A DNA stretch of 24,000 nucleotides. Source: Erwinia phage vB_EamM_Yoloswag. This document shows, piece after piece, positions 7,936-15,489 of this stretch; position 1 is the first letter of the stretch; each line of letters begins with the position of its first letter. The stretch lies in sequence record KY448244.1; one strand, given 5' to 3'. The notes below the pieces were generated by a model, which worked only from the letters and a program-made list of their open reading frames with translations, was not told where the DNA came from and did not search any database. Both the position numbers and the translations under genes were made by a program.

Positions 7936-10917
7936 ATGACCGATCAAAACACTAACGGTTCAGCGAAGTCTAGTGCTGAGGAACAACAGCGCGTGATTGA
8001 CCAGAACCGTCACAACACAGCGGCAGCCAGTCAAGATAAGACTGCACTGTTTGTTGTGCTTGCCCCAACCAATGCTGACAACGAAGTTAGCAACGTTGAT
8101 TGCAAAGGCGATTTCTTTGCGCGGCAGCTTGAAACAAAAGCAATTGACCGTCTGCCTGACATGTTGAGTCATGTTAGTCAGGGTCTGAAAGCACAGCACT
8201 CCGCATACGATTTACTGCTGCCTCAAAACGGCGTGCCTACTTCTATCGATGCGCGTGTGCAATTGAATGAGCAGTACGACGCCAAGATCGTTCGCTATAC
8301 TGTAAACGTTTCAAAGTCGGCATTGATGCAACGTCTCAGCATGGCAATCTTCGATGTTGCTGGTGACCGTAACATCTATGACGTAGCAGCACAGTACGGT
8401 ATTCACGCTATTGTCCTCTCAGATGACAAACAAGCTGTAAATGTACTGCGTGAGTTAGAGTCTCAGCTTGTAGCGTCTAAAGCTGACTTTAACTCGGTAA
8501 TCGATATTGATGATGACGCGCTGAATACCGTGCTGATCAATGTCAACACATTGCCTGCTAATCCGAGCGTGCTTATCGAAGGCGTGCGTCGTACTTTCGC
8601 AATTCAAAATGCTAACGGCCAGTTGCTGGCACCGTCTAAAATTGGAGAACAAACTGTGGTAGATAAAAACAATGGTCCTGTAGATCTCGACGAAGATAAC
8701 TTTGAATCCGTTGATCAGGACAACGAGCAGTCCGACGAAGAAGAAGTGGCAACGGGCCGTGCGCTGCTGGGCTATCAAGCTGATAGCCTGACTCAAGAGC
8801 AAAAGATTGAAGCTCTGACCGCTATCGATTATGATTGTTCCGAGATGGACGAAGAAGCAATCGACGAAGCGTTTTTGGTTGAGCAAGAGAAGTTCCTCGA
8901 CAGCGAAGACGAAGACTCAGAAGAAGAATCTGATGAAGAATCAGAAGAAGCCGAAGACTTCGACGCTGCTGGTGAAATCACTGCTATCCTTGAGCAGTAC
9001 GGTGATGACCGTGACCAGATCAAACGTCTGGTGCGTGCTGCTGAACTGAAAGTGCTGGTAGCCGATACTGCTGAAACGCTGGCTGCTAAACTGATTGCTC
9101 ATGTTGAAGACATGAACGAAGAACAGTTTGCCGAATTCCTGACTGATCTGATTGCTGCCGTTGAAGGCAAGCCTGTTGACGTTGCGCCGCTTAACGAGTG
9201 GTTCGATGATACCGACTCTACCGACGAAGAAGAAGACGAAGAGTCCGAAGATGAAGATGAGCAGGACGAAGATGAAGACGAAGATGAGCAGCAATCTGCC
9301 ATCGACGCTATTACCGACCCGCTTGATTACTTCGACTATGCTGGTGGTGACCTGACTCCTGAACAACGTATCTCTGCGGTTGAAGCGATGGGTCACTCCA
9401 CAGAAGGCCTGAACATCATCAAAGTGATGAAGCTGTTTAACCGTCTGAAAGAAGAAGTATCGCCAGAAACTCTGGACGAAGAAGACGAGCAGGACGCTCT
9501 GCAAGTTCAAGCAGACCTCGACGAAGAAGAGGAGATTGCAGACGAGTCAGAAGACGTAGTTAAGGCGCGTGCGTATCTCGCTGCTGCCGCTGCTGATGAC
9601 CTGTCTATCATCGCCGAACTGGTTGGTGCAGATGCAACTGACCTCGACGAAGAACAGACTATCGAAGCCGTGTTGTTTGAAGGTGATATTGATAATCTGA
9701 TCGCTGCTGCTGATACGTACGGTGTTGAAGCTGACTCCGATATCTCCTACTGGGAATTGCTGGTGGCGTTCCTGGAAAGCTACTTCTCAGAAGATGATTC
9801 AGAAGAAGCGGACTTCGGACAAGATGAACCTCAGTCTGAAAACGAAAGCATCCTTGCTCAGGCTGGTGTTGAGAACAACTCTAATCCACTGGGTATCGAA
9901 GCTGTGTCTGGCGCCGACAACAGCGGTAGCTTGAAGTTCCTGCGTAATGCACACAACAGCCCAGCAGGTACGCTGATGAGCGTTGATATGCCGCAGTCGC
10001 TGATCATCAACTTCACGCTGACTGACCGTGCATCGTTTGAAGAATTCAACGAAGAACTGCAGGACGTTGACGGCCTGAACTATCGCTTCCCGTTTGTTCG
10101 TCCGAAGAAAGCGAACAAAGCACAAGGCGCGATGTACCAGCCTGCTGCGTCACTGATTGAAATCATGGAGCAGACTGCAACAAGCCGCTTCATGGTCGAC
10201 ACTAATCAGTTTGATGTTGGTCAATTCAGCGAAGCACTGAATGCGTCACTGGCCACCAGCGTTGAGAACAACCTGTATGACGGTCTGCTGGAACCAGGCG
10301 CTAACCCGCACGAAGAAGGTCTCAAGCTCGGTGACTTTGTTGATGACGAAGAACTGACCGATGATGAAATCGCTCCTGAGTATTGGGACGAATTCCAGGG
10401 TGCTGACTTGCCTATGCACGGTATCATCAACGGTTTCGTGGGCGTTCGTCCTGTGCAAATCGAAGAACTGCACAGCGTGTTGTGCCTCGGTGTGCTGAAC
10501 GTTGCAGTGCCTGGTATCTGGGAACTGGACCGTAACAAAGTTGGTGAGCTGCTTGATGGCGCAATCAATGCTGTCAAATCTCTGCTGGCACCGAACAACA
10601 ACATCAAAGTACACGTGGGCTTCACTCTGAGTTCTGCCTCTCTGATTGTTGATGATACGCTGATGCATGTTGTTAATCATCTGCGTGATCAGGAAATGCT
10701 GTACAGCTACTCCTCTGCCGACTGTGCGTTGTTCGCAGACAACGAAGACGTGCTGGAAGCCGCTGCAAGTCTCGACAACAGCGAACGTCTGCCGCTTGAA
10801 CTGCTGTCTACTGGCTTCGCTGGCAAGACGTTTGAAAACGGCGGTGACCTGACTATTCTGGTTCCTTGCTTTGAAATCGACGCTGACGAAGACGAAGACG
10901 AAGCAGACGAAGAATAA
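7936..10917 (+). CDS. very acidic hypothetical protein (993 aa) with Asp/Glu-rich central region flanked by ordered-looking N- and C-terminal regions
   Basis: Strong SD GAGGAG; single continuous ORF. Confidence 0.85.
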   Translation: MTDQNTNGSAKSSAEEQQRVIDQNRHNTAAASQDKTALFVVLAPTNADNEVSNVDCKGDFFARQLETKAIDRLPDMLSHVSQGLKAQHSAYDLLLPQNGVPTSIDARVQLNEQYDAKIVRYTVNVSKSALMQRLSMAIFDVAGDRNIYDVAAQYGIHAIVLSDDKQAVNVLRELESQLVASKADFNSVIDIDDDALNTVLINVNTLPANPSVLIEGVRRTFAIQNANGQLLAPSKIGEQTVVDKNNGPVDLDEDNFESVDQDNEQSDEEEVATGRALLGYQADSLTQEQKIEALTAIDYDCSEMDEEAIDEAFLVEQEKFLDSEDEDSEEESDEESEEAEDFDAAGEITAILEQYGDDRDQIKRLVRAAELKVLVADTAETLAAKLIAHVEDMNEEQFAEFLTDLIAAVEGKPVDVAPLNEWFDDTDSTDEEEDEESEDEDEQDEDEDEDEQQSAIDAITDPLDYFDYAGGDLTPEQRISAVEAMGHSTEGLNIIKVMKLFNRLKEEVSPETLDEEDEQDALQVQADLDEEEEIADESEDVVKARAYLAAAAADDLSIIAELVGADATDLDEEQTIEAVLFEGDIDNLIAAADTYGVEADSDISYWELLVAFLESYFSEDDSEEADFGQDEPQSENESILAQAGVENNSNPLGIEAVSGADNSGSLKFLRNAHNSPAGTLMSVDMPQSLIINFTLTDRASFEEFNEELQDVDGLNYRFPFVRPKKANKAQGAMYQPAASLIEIMEQTATSRFMVDTNQFDVGQFSEALNASLATSVENNLYDGLLEPGANPHEEGLKLGDFVDDEELTDDEIAPEYWDEFQGADLPMHGIINGFVGVRPVQIEELHSVLCLGVLNVAVPGIWELDRNKVGELLDGAINAVKSLLAPNNNIKVHVGFTLSSASLIVDDTLMHVVNHLRDQEMLYSYSSADCALFADNEDVLEAAASLDNSERLPLELLSTGFAGKTFENGGDLTILVPCFEIDADEDEDEADEE

Positions 10918-10970
10918 AATCTGTTAATGTAGGGCGTAGCGCAACTGCGCCCTCATTTCTGGAGATTGTA

Positions 10971-11855
10971 ATGTCAGAACACAACAGCACTGAACAGCAA
11001 GACAGCGGTATGATGTTGCGTGACCACATCGTATCCCTTGAGCAGCGTGTTCGTAATCTGAGTGGTCAAGTGCAGGACTTATCTGCCGAGCTTGCTCAAA
11101 CCTCTACGAACCACACCAACAAAAGCATTGAGTGCCGTCGCCTGACTCGTGTGTTAGCTGAACGTGATGCGCAACTGCAAGCAGCAACAGACCTTGCCTC
11201 AGAACGTAAAACAGCACTTGAGCAAATGATTTCAGTCGGTGAAGCTCAACGGAAACTACGTGAGACGGAATCTCGCACTGCTGAAAAGCGTTACAATGAA
11301 CTGCGTAACCAGCTTGCTAAGCCTGCTGGAAATCAGAAATTTGTTATGAACATGATAATTAACGCTGCACTGAACGAACTCCGTTGTGGTGTTGAGCGTG
11401 CGTTGTTCATGTACAGCACAGCAAATCCACGCAAGACCAATCGGCATCGTGCTGCCGAACAAGCACTGCGTGAGCAATTAACTTTGGAAGACGTTCCAAG
11501 TTCTTTGCAGGATATTGTAAAAGTATACTGCGTTACAACAAACACGGCGTTTGATATTGATTCAGTCCTCAGCGAACTTAGCGCCCATGTGATGTTGTGC
11601 CGAGAGACGATTGAAGACAGCGATACGGCGTCCGGCATGTTCAATCAAATGTCAAGCACGATAGTCGCACAGCGTGCCTTGCTTGAGCAAGACGTAGCAT
11701 CCGAACCTGACGACATTCTGTTTACGTTTATGTATGACGTAATCAACGATGACGAAAAGCCTTACGGCGATTCGCTGATTGATGCAGTAACAAAATTGTG
11801 TGTACGTTACGCACAGCAATTAAGTTTCGAACTTCCAGTTTTATCTGACGAATAA
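10971..11855 (+). CDS. hypothetical protein (294 aa), N-terminal coiled-coil-like
   Basis: CTGGAG SD; heptad-like N-terminus. Confidence 0.8.
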   Translation: MSEHNSTEQQDSGMMLRDHIVSLEQRVRNLSGQVQDLSAELAQTSTNHTNKSIECRRLTRVLAERDAQLQAATDLASERKTALEQMISVGEAQRKLRETESRTAEKRYNELRNQLAKPAGNQKFVMNMIINAALNELRCGVERALFMYSTANPRKTNRHRAAEQALREQLTLEDVPSSLQDIVKVYCVTTNTAFDIDSVLSELSAHVMLCRETIEDSDTASGMFNQMSSTIVAQRALLEQDVASEPDDILFTFMYDVINDDEKPYGDSLIDAVTKLCVRYAQQLSFELPVLSDE

Positions 11856-11935
11856 AAAATCAGAATAAATCTGTAAATTGTAATTGAACCACACACGGTA
11901 ATTGTACCGCGACTATTAATCATCTGGAGTTTTAA

Positions 11936-12505
11936 ATGGCAAAGTCCACTAGCACTGCACTGGTAGCACCGACTCGTATCAACCGCATTTCTAAAAAGAG
12001 CGGTTCTATTTCACAGTCTGCTGCTAAAGCGTCTCAGATGCCGCACGATGTAACTATCACCGCTACTCAGGTTTACGATGTTCAGGGTTTCATCACTGAA
12101 CTGACTGCTGACAGCGTAACTATTCGTCACAAACGTGGCTTCGGTTCAAGCGCCCAGGTTCTGTCAACGTTCCCACGCAGTCAAGTTATCGAGCTGGTGG
12201 GTGATACCGGTACTTTCGGTAGCCTGAGTGTTCTGGGCAACGTGCCTGTTCGTACTCTGAAAGGTCAGTTGCTGTCGTTTAAGGGTACTCAAGTCATTGC
12301 TACTGACTTCGATACCAAAGAAGTTACCGTGCTGAACACAACCGTGCCTGGCGTGTCTATCACTTACGCTGTGAACGAAACTGCCGCTGCTAAAAAGTAT
12401 GGCATTGCTGCTCCGACCAAAGGCAAGAAAGCTGACGCGAAAGCAGCGCCTGCTAAAGCTGCTAAAGGCGGTAAGCCAGTCAAGGCTGGTAAATCAAAAA
12501 AGTAA
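11936..12505 (+). CDS. hypothetical protein (189 aa) with Lys/Ala/Gly/Pro-rich C-terminal tail
   Basis: CTGGAG SD; tail KGKKADAKAAPAKAAKGGKPVKAGKSKK. Confidence 0.8.
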   Translation: MAKSTSTALVAPTRINRISKKSGSISQSAAKASQMPHDVTITATQVYDVQGFITELTADSVTIRHKRGFGSSAQVLSTFPRSQVIELVGDTGTFGSLSVLGNVPVRTLKGQLLSFKGTQVIATDFDTKEVTVLNTTVPGVSITYAVNETAAAKKYGIAAPTKGKKADAKAAPAKAAKGGKPVKAGKSKK

Positions 12506-12646
12506 GTTCTGACGAAGATTTTTAATCGTCAGTAAATCTGTAAAGTGTATTCGTCAAGGGCGTTGTTGTTTTAACAGCGTCCTCAAAAACAAATCTGTAA
12601 ACTTTATTCGAATCAAGTCGATTCTACTCAATAGGAAAAAGTTATC

Positions 12647-13438
12647 ATGGCAAAAGCTAAAGCAAATACCGCAACTATCGTTCTGGCAAAAATCCTGGGT
12701 GTGTTCGTTGAGAACGCAAGCGACAAAGAAATCGCTGCTGCCCTGGCCGAAGCCGGTCTGACTGTTTCTGGTGGCAAAGTCGTTAAAGCTGACAAAGCTG
12801 CCAAAGGCGGTAAAGGCAAAAAAGCTAAAGTGGCAACTGTTGAACAAATCGTTGCGGCTGTGAAAGAAGAAGAAGCAATCGACCTGACTGGCGTAAGCGA
12901 AGATGATCTGCGTGCTGCCGTTGTTAAGGCCAAGCTGTCTGCTGCTAAGAAAGCCAAAGCGCTGGACGAAGAAGCTCTGCTGGAGCTGCTGAACGAAGCG
13001 ATGGGCGTCGAGTCTGACGAAGAAGAAGACGAAGACGACGAAGAAGACGAAGACGAAGAAGACGAGGACGAAGAAGAAGAAGAAGAAGACGACTCGGACG
13101 ATGAAGACGAAGACGAAGACGAAGACGAAGACGAAGACGAAGACGAAGACGACGAAGATGAAGATGAAGATGAGGACGAAGATGAAGATGAAGATGAGGA
13201 CGAAGATGAACTCGACCTCGCTAATCTCGACGAAGACGAACTTCGCGCTCTGGTAATCGAACATAAACTGGCGCCTAAGAAAAAGGCTGCTAAGATGGAC
13301 GAAGACGAACTTCGTGAACTGTGTGAAGCTCACTTCGGCGATGACGAAGATGAGGACGAAGAAGACGAAGACGAAGACGAGGACGAAGATGAAGACGAAG
13401 ACTTCGACGATGAAGACGAAGACGAAGACGACGAATAA
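12647..13438 (+). CDS. hypothetical protein (263 aa): EDELR modules plus long Asp/Glu tracts
   Basis: Continuous ORF, SD-like AGGAAA, composition. Confidence 0.8.
   Translation: MAKAKANTATIVLAKILGVFVENASDKEIAAALAEAGLTVSGGKVVKADKAAKGGKGKKAKVATVEQIVAAVKEEEAIDLTGVSEDDLRAAVVKAKLSAAKKAKALDEEALLELLNEAMGVESDEEEDEDDEEDEDEEDEDEEEEEEDDSDDEDEDEDEDEDEDEDEDDEDEDEDEDEDEDEDEDEDELDLANLDEDELRALVIEHKLAPKKKAAKMDEDELRELCEAHFGDDEDEDEEDEDEDEDEDEDEDFDDEDEDEDDE
13019..13210 (+). repeat. GAxGAx low-complexity coding repeat encoding (D/E)n
   Basis: Runs of GACGAAGAC / GATGAAGAT; similar run at 13339-13435. Confidence 0.85.
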
Positions 13439-13500
13439 TAGCATCTAACGTGCTGCACTTCTGTAACTCTTAATCTGAGTCGCACAGAAAAAAGTTTGAA

Positions 13501-13560
13501 ATTTCCTCGATAAAACTTGTAGACGTATGTTGAGAATGATAATGTACGTCTACAGGAAAT
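13501..13560 (+). promoter_or_regulatory. leader hairpin: GTAGACGTA-N17-TACGTCTAC with outer ATTTCCT/AGGAAAT
   Basis: 9-bp perfect stem 13519-13527/13545-13553; 7-bp outer stem 13501-13507/13554-13560. Confidence 0.45.
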
Positions 13561-13632
13561 CGAAACCCTGAACACTTTTGTTTTTAACTCGCGCACCACA
13601 TACAGCGCAAATCAAAAATTCTGGAGAAGAAT

Positions 13633-14154
13633 ATGTCTAAGAAAGTTATCGCCGGTCTGAACAAAAACCTGAAAGCAATCGCTAAATCAGAAGCTGCCCT
13701 GACCAAAACTGTTAACGCCACCAGCAAAGAAATCGAAAACCTGGGCGCACAGCGTGCCGGTATCGAAGCGCAGATCGCTGAACTGTCTGGTGTTGCTGCT
13801 CCGGCTAAAGCGCCGAAAGCGCCGAAAGCTGCGAAAGCTGAGAAGCCTGCAAAAGCTGGTAAGAAAGAAAAAGCTGCTAAAGCTGAAAAGCCAGCTAAAG
13901 TGAAAAAAGAAAAAGCTGCTAAAGCTGAGAAACCTGCCAAGGCCGGTAAAGCTGCTAAAGCAGAAAAAGCTGCTAAGCCTGCTAAAGCAGAAAAAGCTGG
14001 CAAGAAAGTGAAAGCCGAAACCAAACCAGCTAAAGCTGACAAAGCTGCTAAAGGCAAAAAAGCTGACAAAGCTGCTAAGCCTGCTAAAGCCGGTAAAGCT
14101 GGTAAGAAAGCGAAAGCATCTGCTGACGAAGATTTCGATTTCGAAGTAGCATAA
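13633..14154 (+). CDS. histone H1-like Lys/Ala/Pro-rich protein (173 aa) with acidic C-terminus DEDFDFEVA
   Basis: CTGGAGAAG SD; repeated AAKAEKPAKAGK motifs. Confidence 0.8.
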   Translation: MSKKVIAGLNKNLKAIAKSEAALTKTVNATSKEIENLGAQRAGIEAQIAELSGVAAPAKAPKAPKAAKAEKPAKAGKKEKAAKAEKPAKVKKEKAAKAEKPAKAGKAAKAEKAAKPAKAEKAGKKVKAETKPAKADKAAKGKKADKAAKPAKAGKAGKKAKASADEDFDFEVA

Positions 14155-14191
14155 AAACTGCGGCGGGTGTTACGGCACCTGCGTAAAACAG

Positions 14192-14229
14192 AAGGGGTTG
14201 ACACTGAATAAAAGGTGTTAACCCTTTTT
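14192..14229 (+). terminator. GGGTTGACAC-N10-GTGTTAACCC followed by TTTTT
   Basis: 10-bp stem (one G-U) plus T5, between genes. Confidence 0.75.
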
Positions 14230-14265
14230 GCATTCTATCAGAATTTTTACCTAGAAGGATTTACT

Positions 14266-14712
14266 GTGTCAGAACCCACTAACTTTCGCGCAGTGCTTGA
14301 ATTGCGATTCTCACATGCAGCCGCTCTCGCACGAGCAATCTACACGCTGAAAAGTCACGCTGTGTTTGGTGGCATTGAACCCAACGAAGCAACAGCGTTT
14401 GCTATCGGCCAGTTGTTCCTCGATGAAATCCTTCAAGGTAAATGTCCTCTAGTCCCTGATGTTGTCACATCCATTGACAAGTTGCAGCACGGCGTTGACG
14501 TTACGTTTGTGTCTCATGCTAACGCCTGCATTGAAGCATTCAACACAGTGCTTATGGGCTATGCTACCCGCACAGCACTGCATATTCACTACACAGAACA
14601 AATGAAAGTCACTGACGGTCAAGCTGCCCGCCAAGTCTTCAACATTAATCTTGAAGCACAGGACCTGCTGCCTAAACCTAACACTTGTGGAGAACATTGT
14701 AATCATGGCTAA
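14266..14712 (+). CDS. hypothetical protein (148 aa), GTG start
   Basis: AAGGA SD upstream of GTG 14266; ORF-track start lies inside the terminator hairpin. Confidence 0.7.
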   Translation: MSEPTNFRAVLELRFSHAAALARAIYTLKSHAVFGGIEPNEATAFAIGQLFLDEILQGKCPLVPDVVTSIDKLQHGVDVTFVSHANACIEAFNTVLMGYATRTALHIHYTEQMKVTDGQAARQVFNINLEAQDLLPKPNTCGEHCNHG

Positions 14713-15403
14713 GCGCACCAACATCGAACATGAATCCTGCCGCAAATCATCTAACGGTTGTCCTGGCTGTGGTGCACAGCCCACAATGTGGCAAGTTGAA
14801 TACGATGACAACGTTATACGCTTTCTTGTGATGCATCATGGTCTGAATACCGCAGCACGCCAGTGTGCTAACTACAATCGCATCGGTGTTGGCAAGAACC
14901 CAGTTGAAGCTCTTGAAGACTGGCTCAAGGTAACCAAAGATAAACTCGCAGCACGCAAAGCACGCAGCGAACAGGACCGCATGTTCGATCACGCTGTTGA
15001 TGAAATCGGTGCTATCATTCGTCCCAACACAGACACAGTACCAGCAGATGTGTTCAATGCCTATCAACGCAATCTTGAACAACTGCAACAGATGTGCCAT
15101 CGTGTTGTGAATATCAGCGACCGATACTATGGTATCAGCTACTTTGATCAACACAGTGATGGTATTGAGTTTCGCGTAATGAACAAGACAAGCAACGTAG
15201 AGGTCAAGCTGCTTGATTCGCTTTCTCCTCAAGAATACGTCGCAATTGGTAATATACAGATAAGCATCCAAGAGTGGGCGAAAGCGGGCATGACGCAAGC
15301 GTTCCCTATCTCAAATGACGCTGACGTCTACTCGCAGTACACACAGCACGCTGCATCAACTCTGCAAAACAGTGGTCAAAATGACGATAGTACCGACAGT
15401 TGA
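14705..15403 (+). CDS. hypothetical protein (232 aa) with a CPGC zinc-knuckle-like N-terminus
   Basis: ATG 14705 preferred; overlaps the previous gene by 8 nt. Confidence 0.7.
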   Translation: MAKRTNIEHESCRKSSNGCPGCGAQPTMWQVEYDDNVIRFLVMHHGLNTAARQCANYNRIGVGKNPVEALEDWLKVTKDKLAARKARSEQDRMFDHAVDEIGAIIRPNTDTVPADVFNAYQRNLEQLQQMCHRVVNISDRYYGISYFDQHSDGIEFRVMNKTSNVEVKLLDSLSPQEYVAIGNIQISIQEWAKAGMTQAFPISNDADVYSQYTQHAASTLQNSGQNDDSTDS

Positions 15404-15416
15404 TACGTGCTATAAT
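15363..15416 (+). promoter_or_regulatory. candidate promoter for the topoisomerase operon: TGCAAAACAGTGGTCAAAATGAC plus TGCTATAAT
   Basis: Perfect extended -10 (TATAAT 15411-15416), 37 nt after GGTCAAAA. Confidence 0.65.
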
Positions 15417-15489
15417 CTAAGAAGAATCTCAGATACACAGAGTTAAGTCAAATTGAGCTTTTTACTATTAATGTTTGGAGAGAGTATTA

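Noticed and set aside
8831-9049. Small + strand ORFs at 8831, 9152, 9722, 10667 and 3976, and minus-strand ORFs at 8455, 8941, 9799 and 10221
   Set aside because: All lie inside strong in-frame coding regions in other frames and arise from low-complexity codon patterns.
10931-10953. AGGGCG...CGCCCT hairpin as a strong terminator
   Set aside because: Stem is plausible, but the following CATTTC lacks a T run; left as a weak candidate only.
12558-12582. GGGCGTTGTT/AACAGCGTCC hairpin as a + strand terminator
   Set aside because: Followed by TCAAAAAC rather than a T tract, so not a convincing + strand intrinsic terminator.
13019-13435. Tandem GAxGAx repeats as a mobile element or CRISPR-like array
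   Set aside because: In-frame low-complexity coding repeats without spacers; explained by the Asp/Glu tracts.
12554-13444. 296-aa minus-strand ORF (poly F/V)
   Set aside because: It is the antisense of the (GAC/GAA)n acidic tracts; composition is implausible and no SD was recognised.
13584-14204. 206-aa minus-strand ORF
   Set aside because: Antisense shadow of the Lys/Ala-rich H1-like gene.
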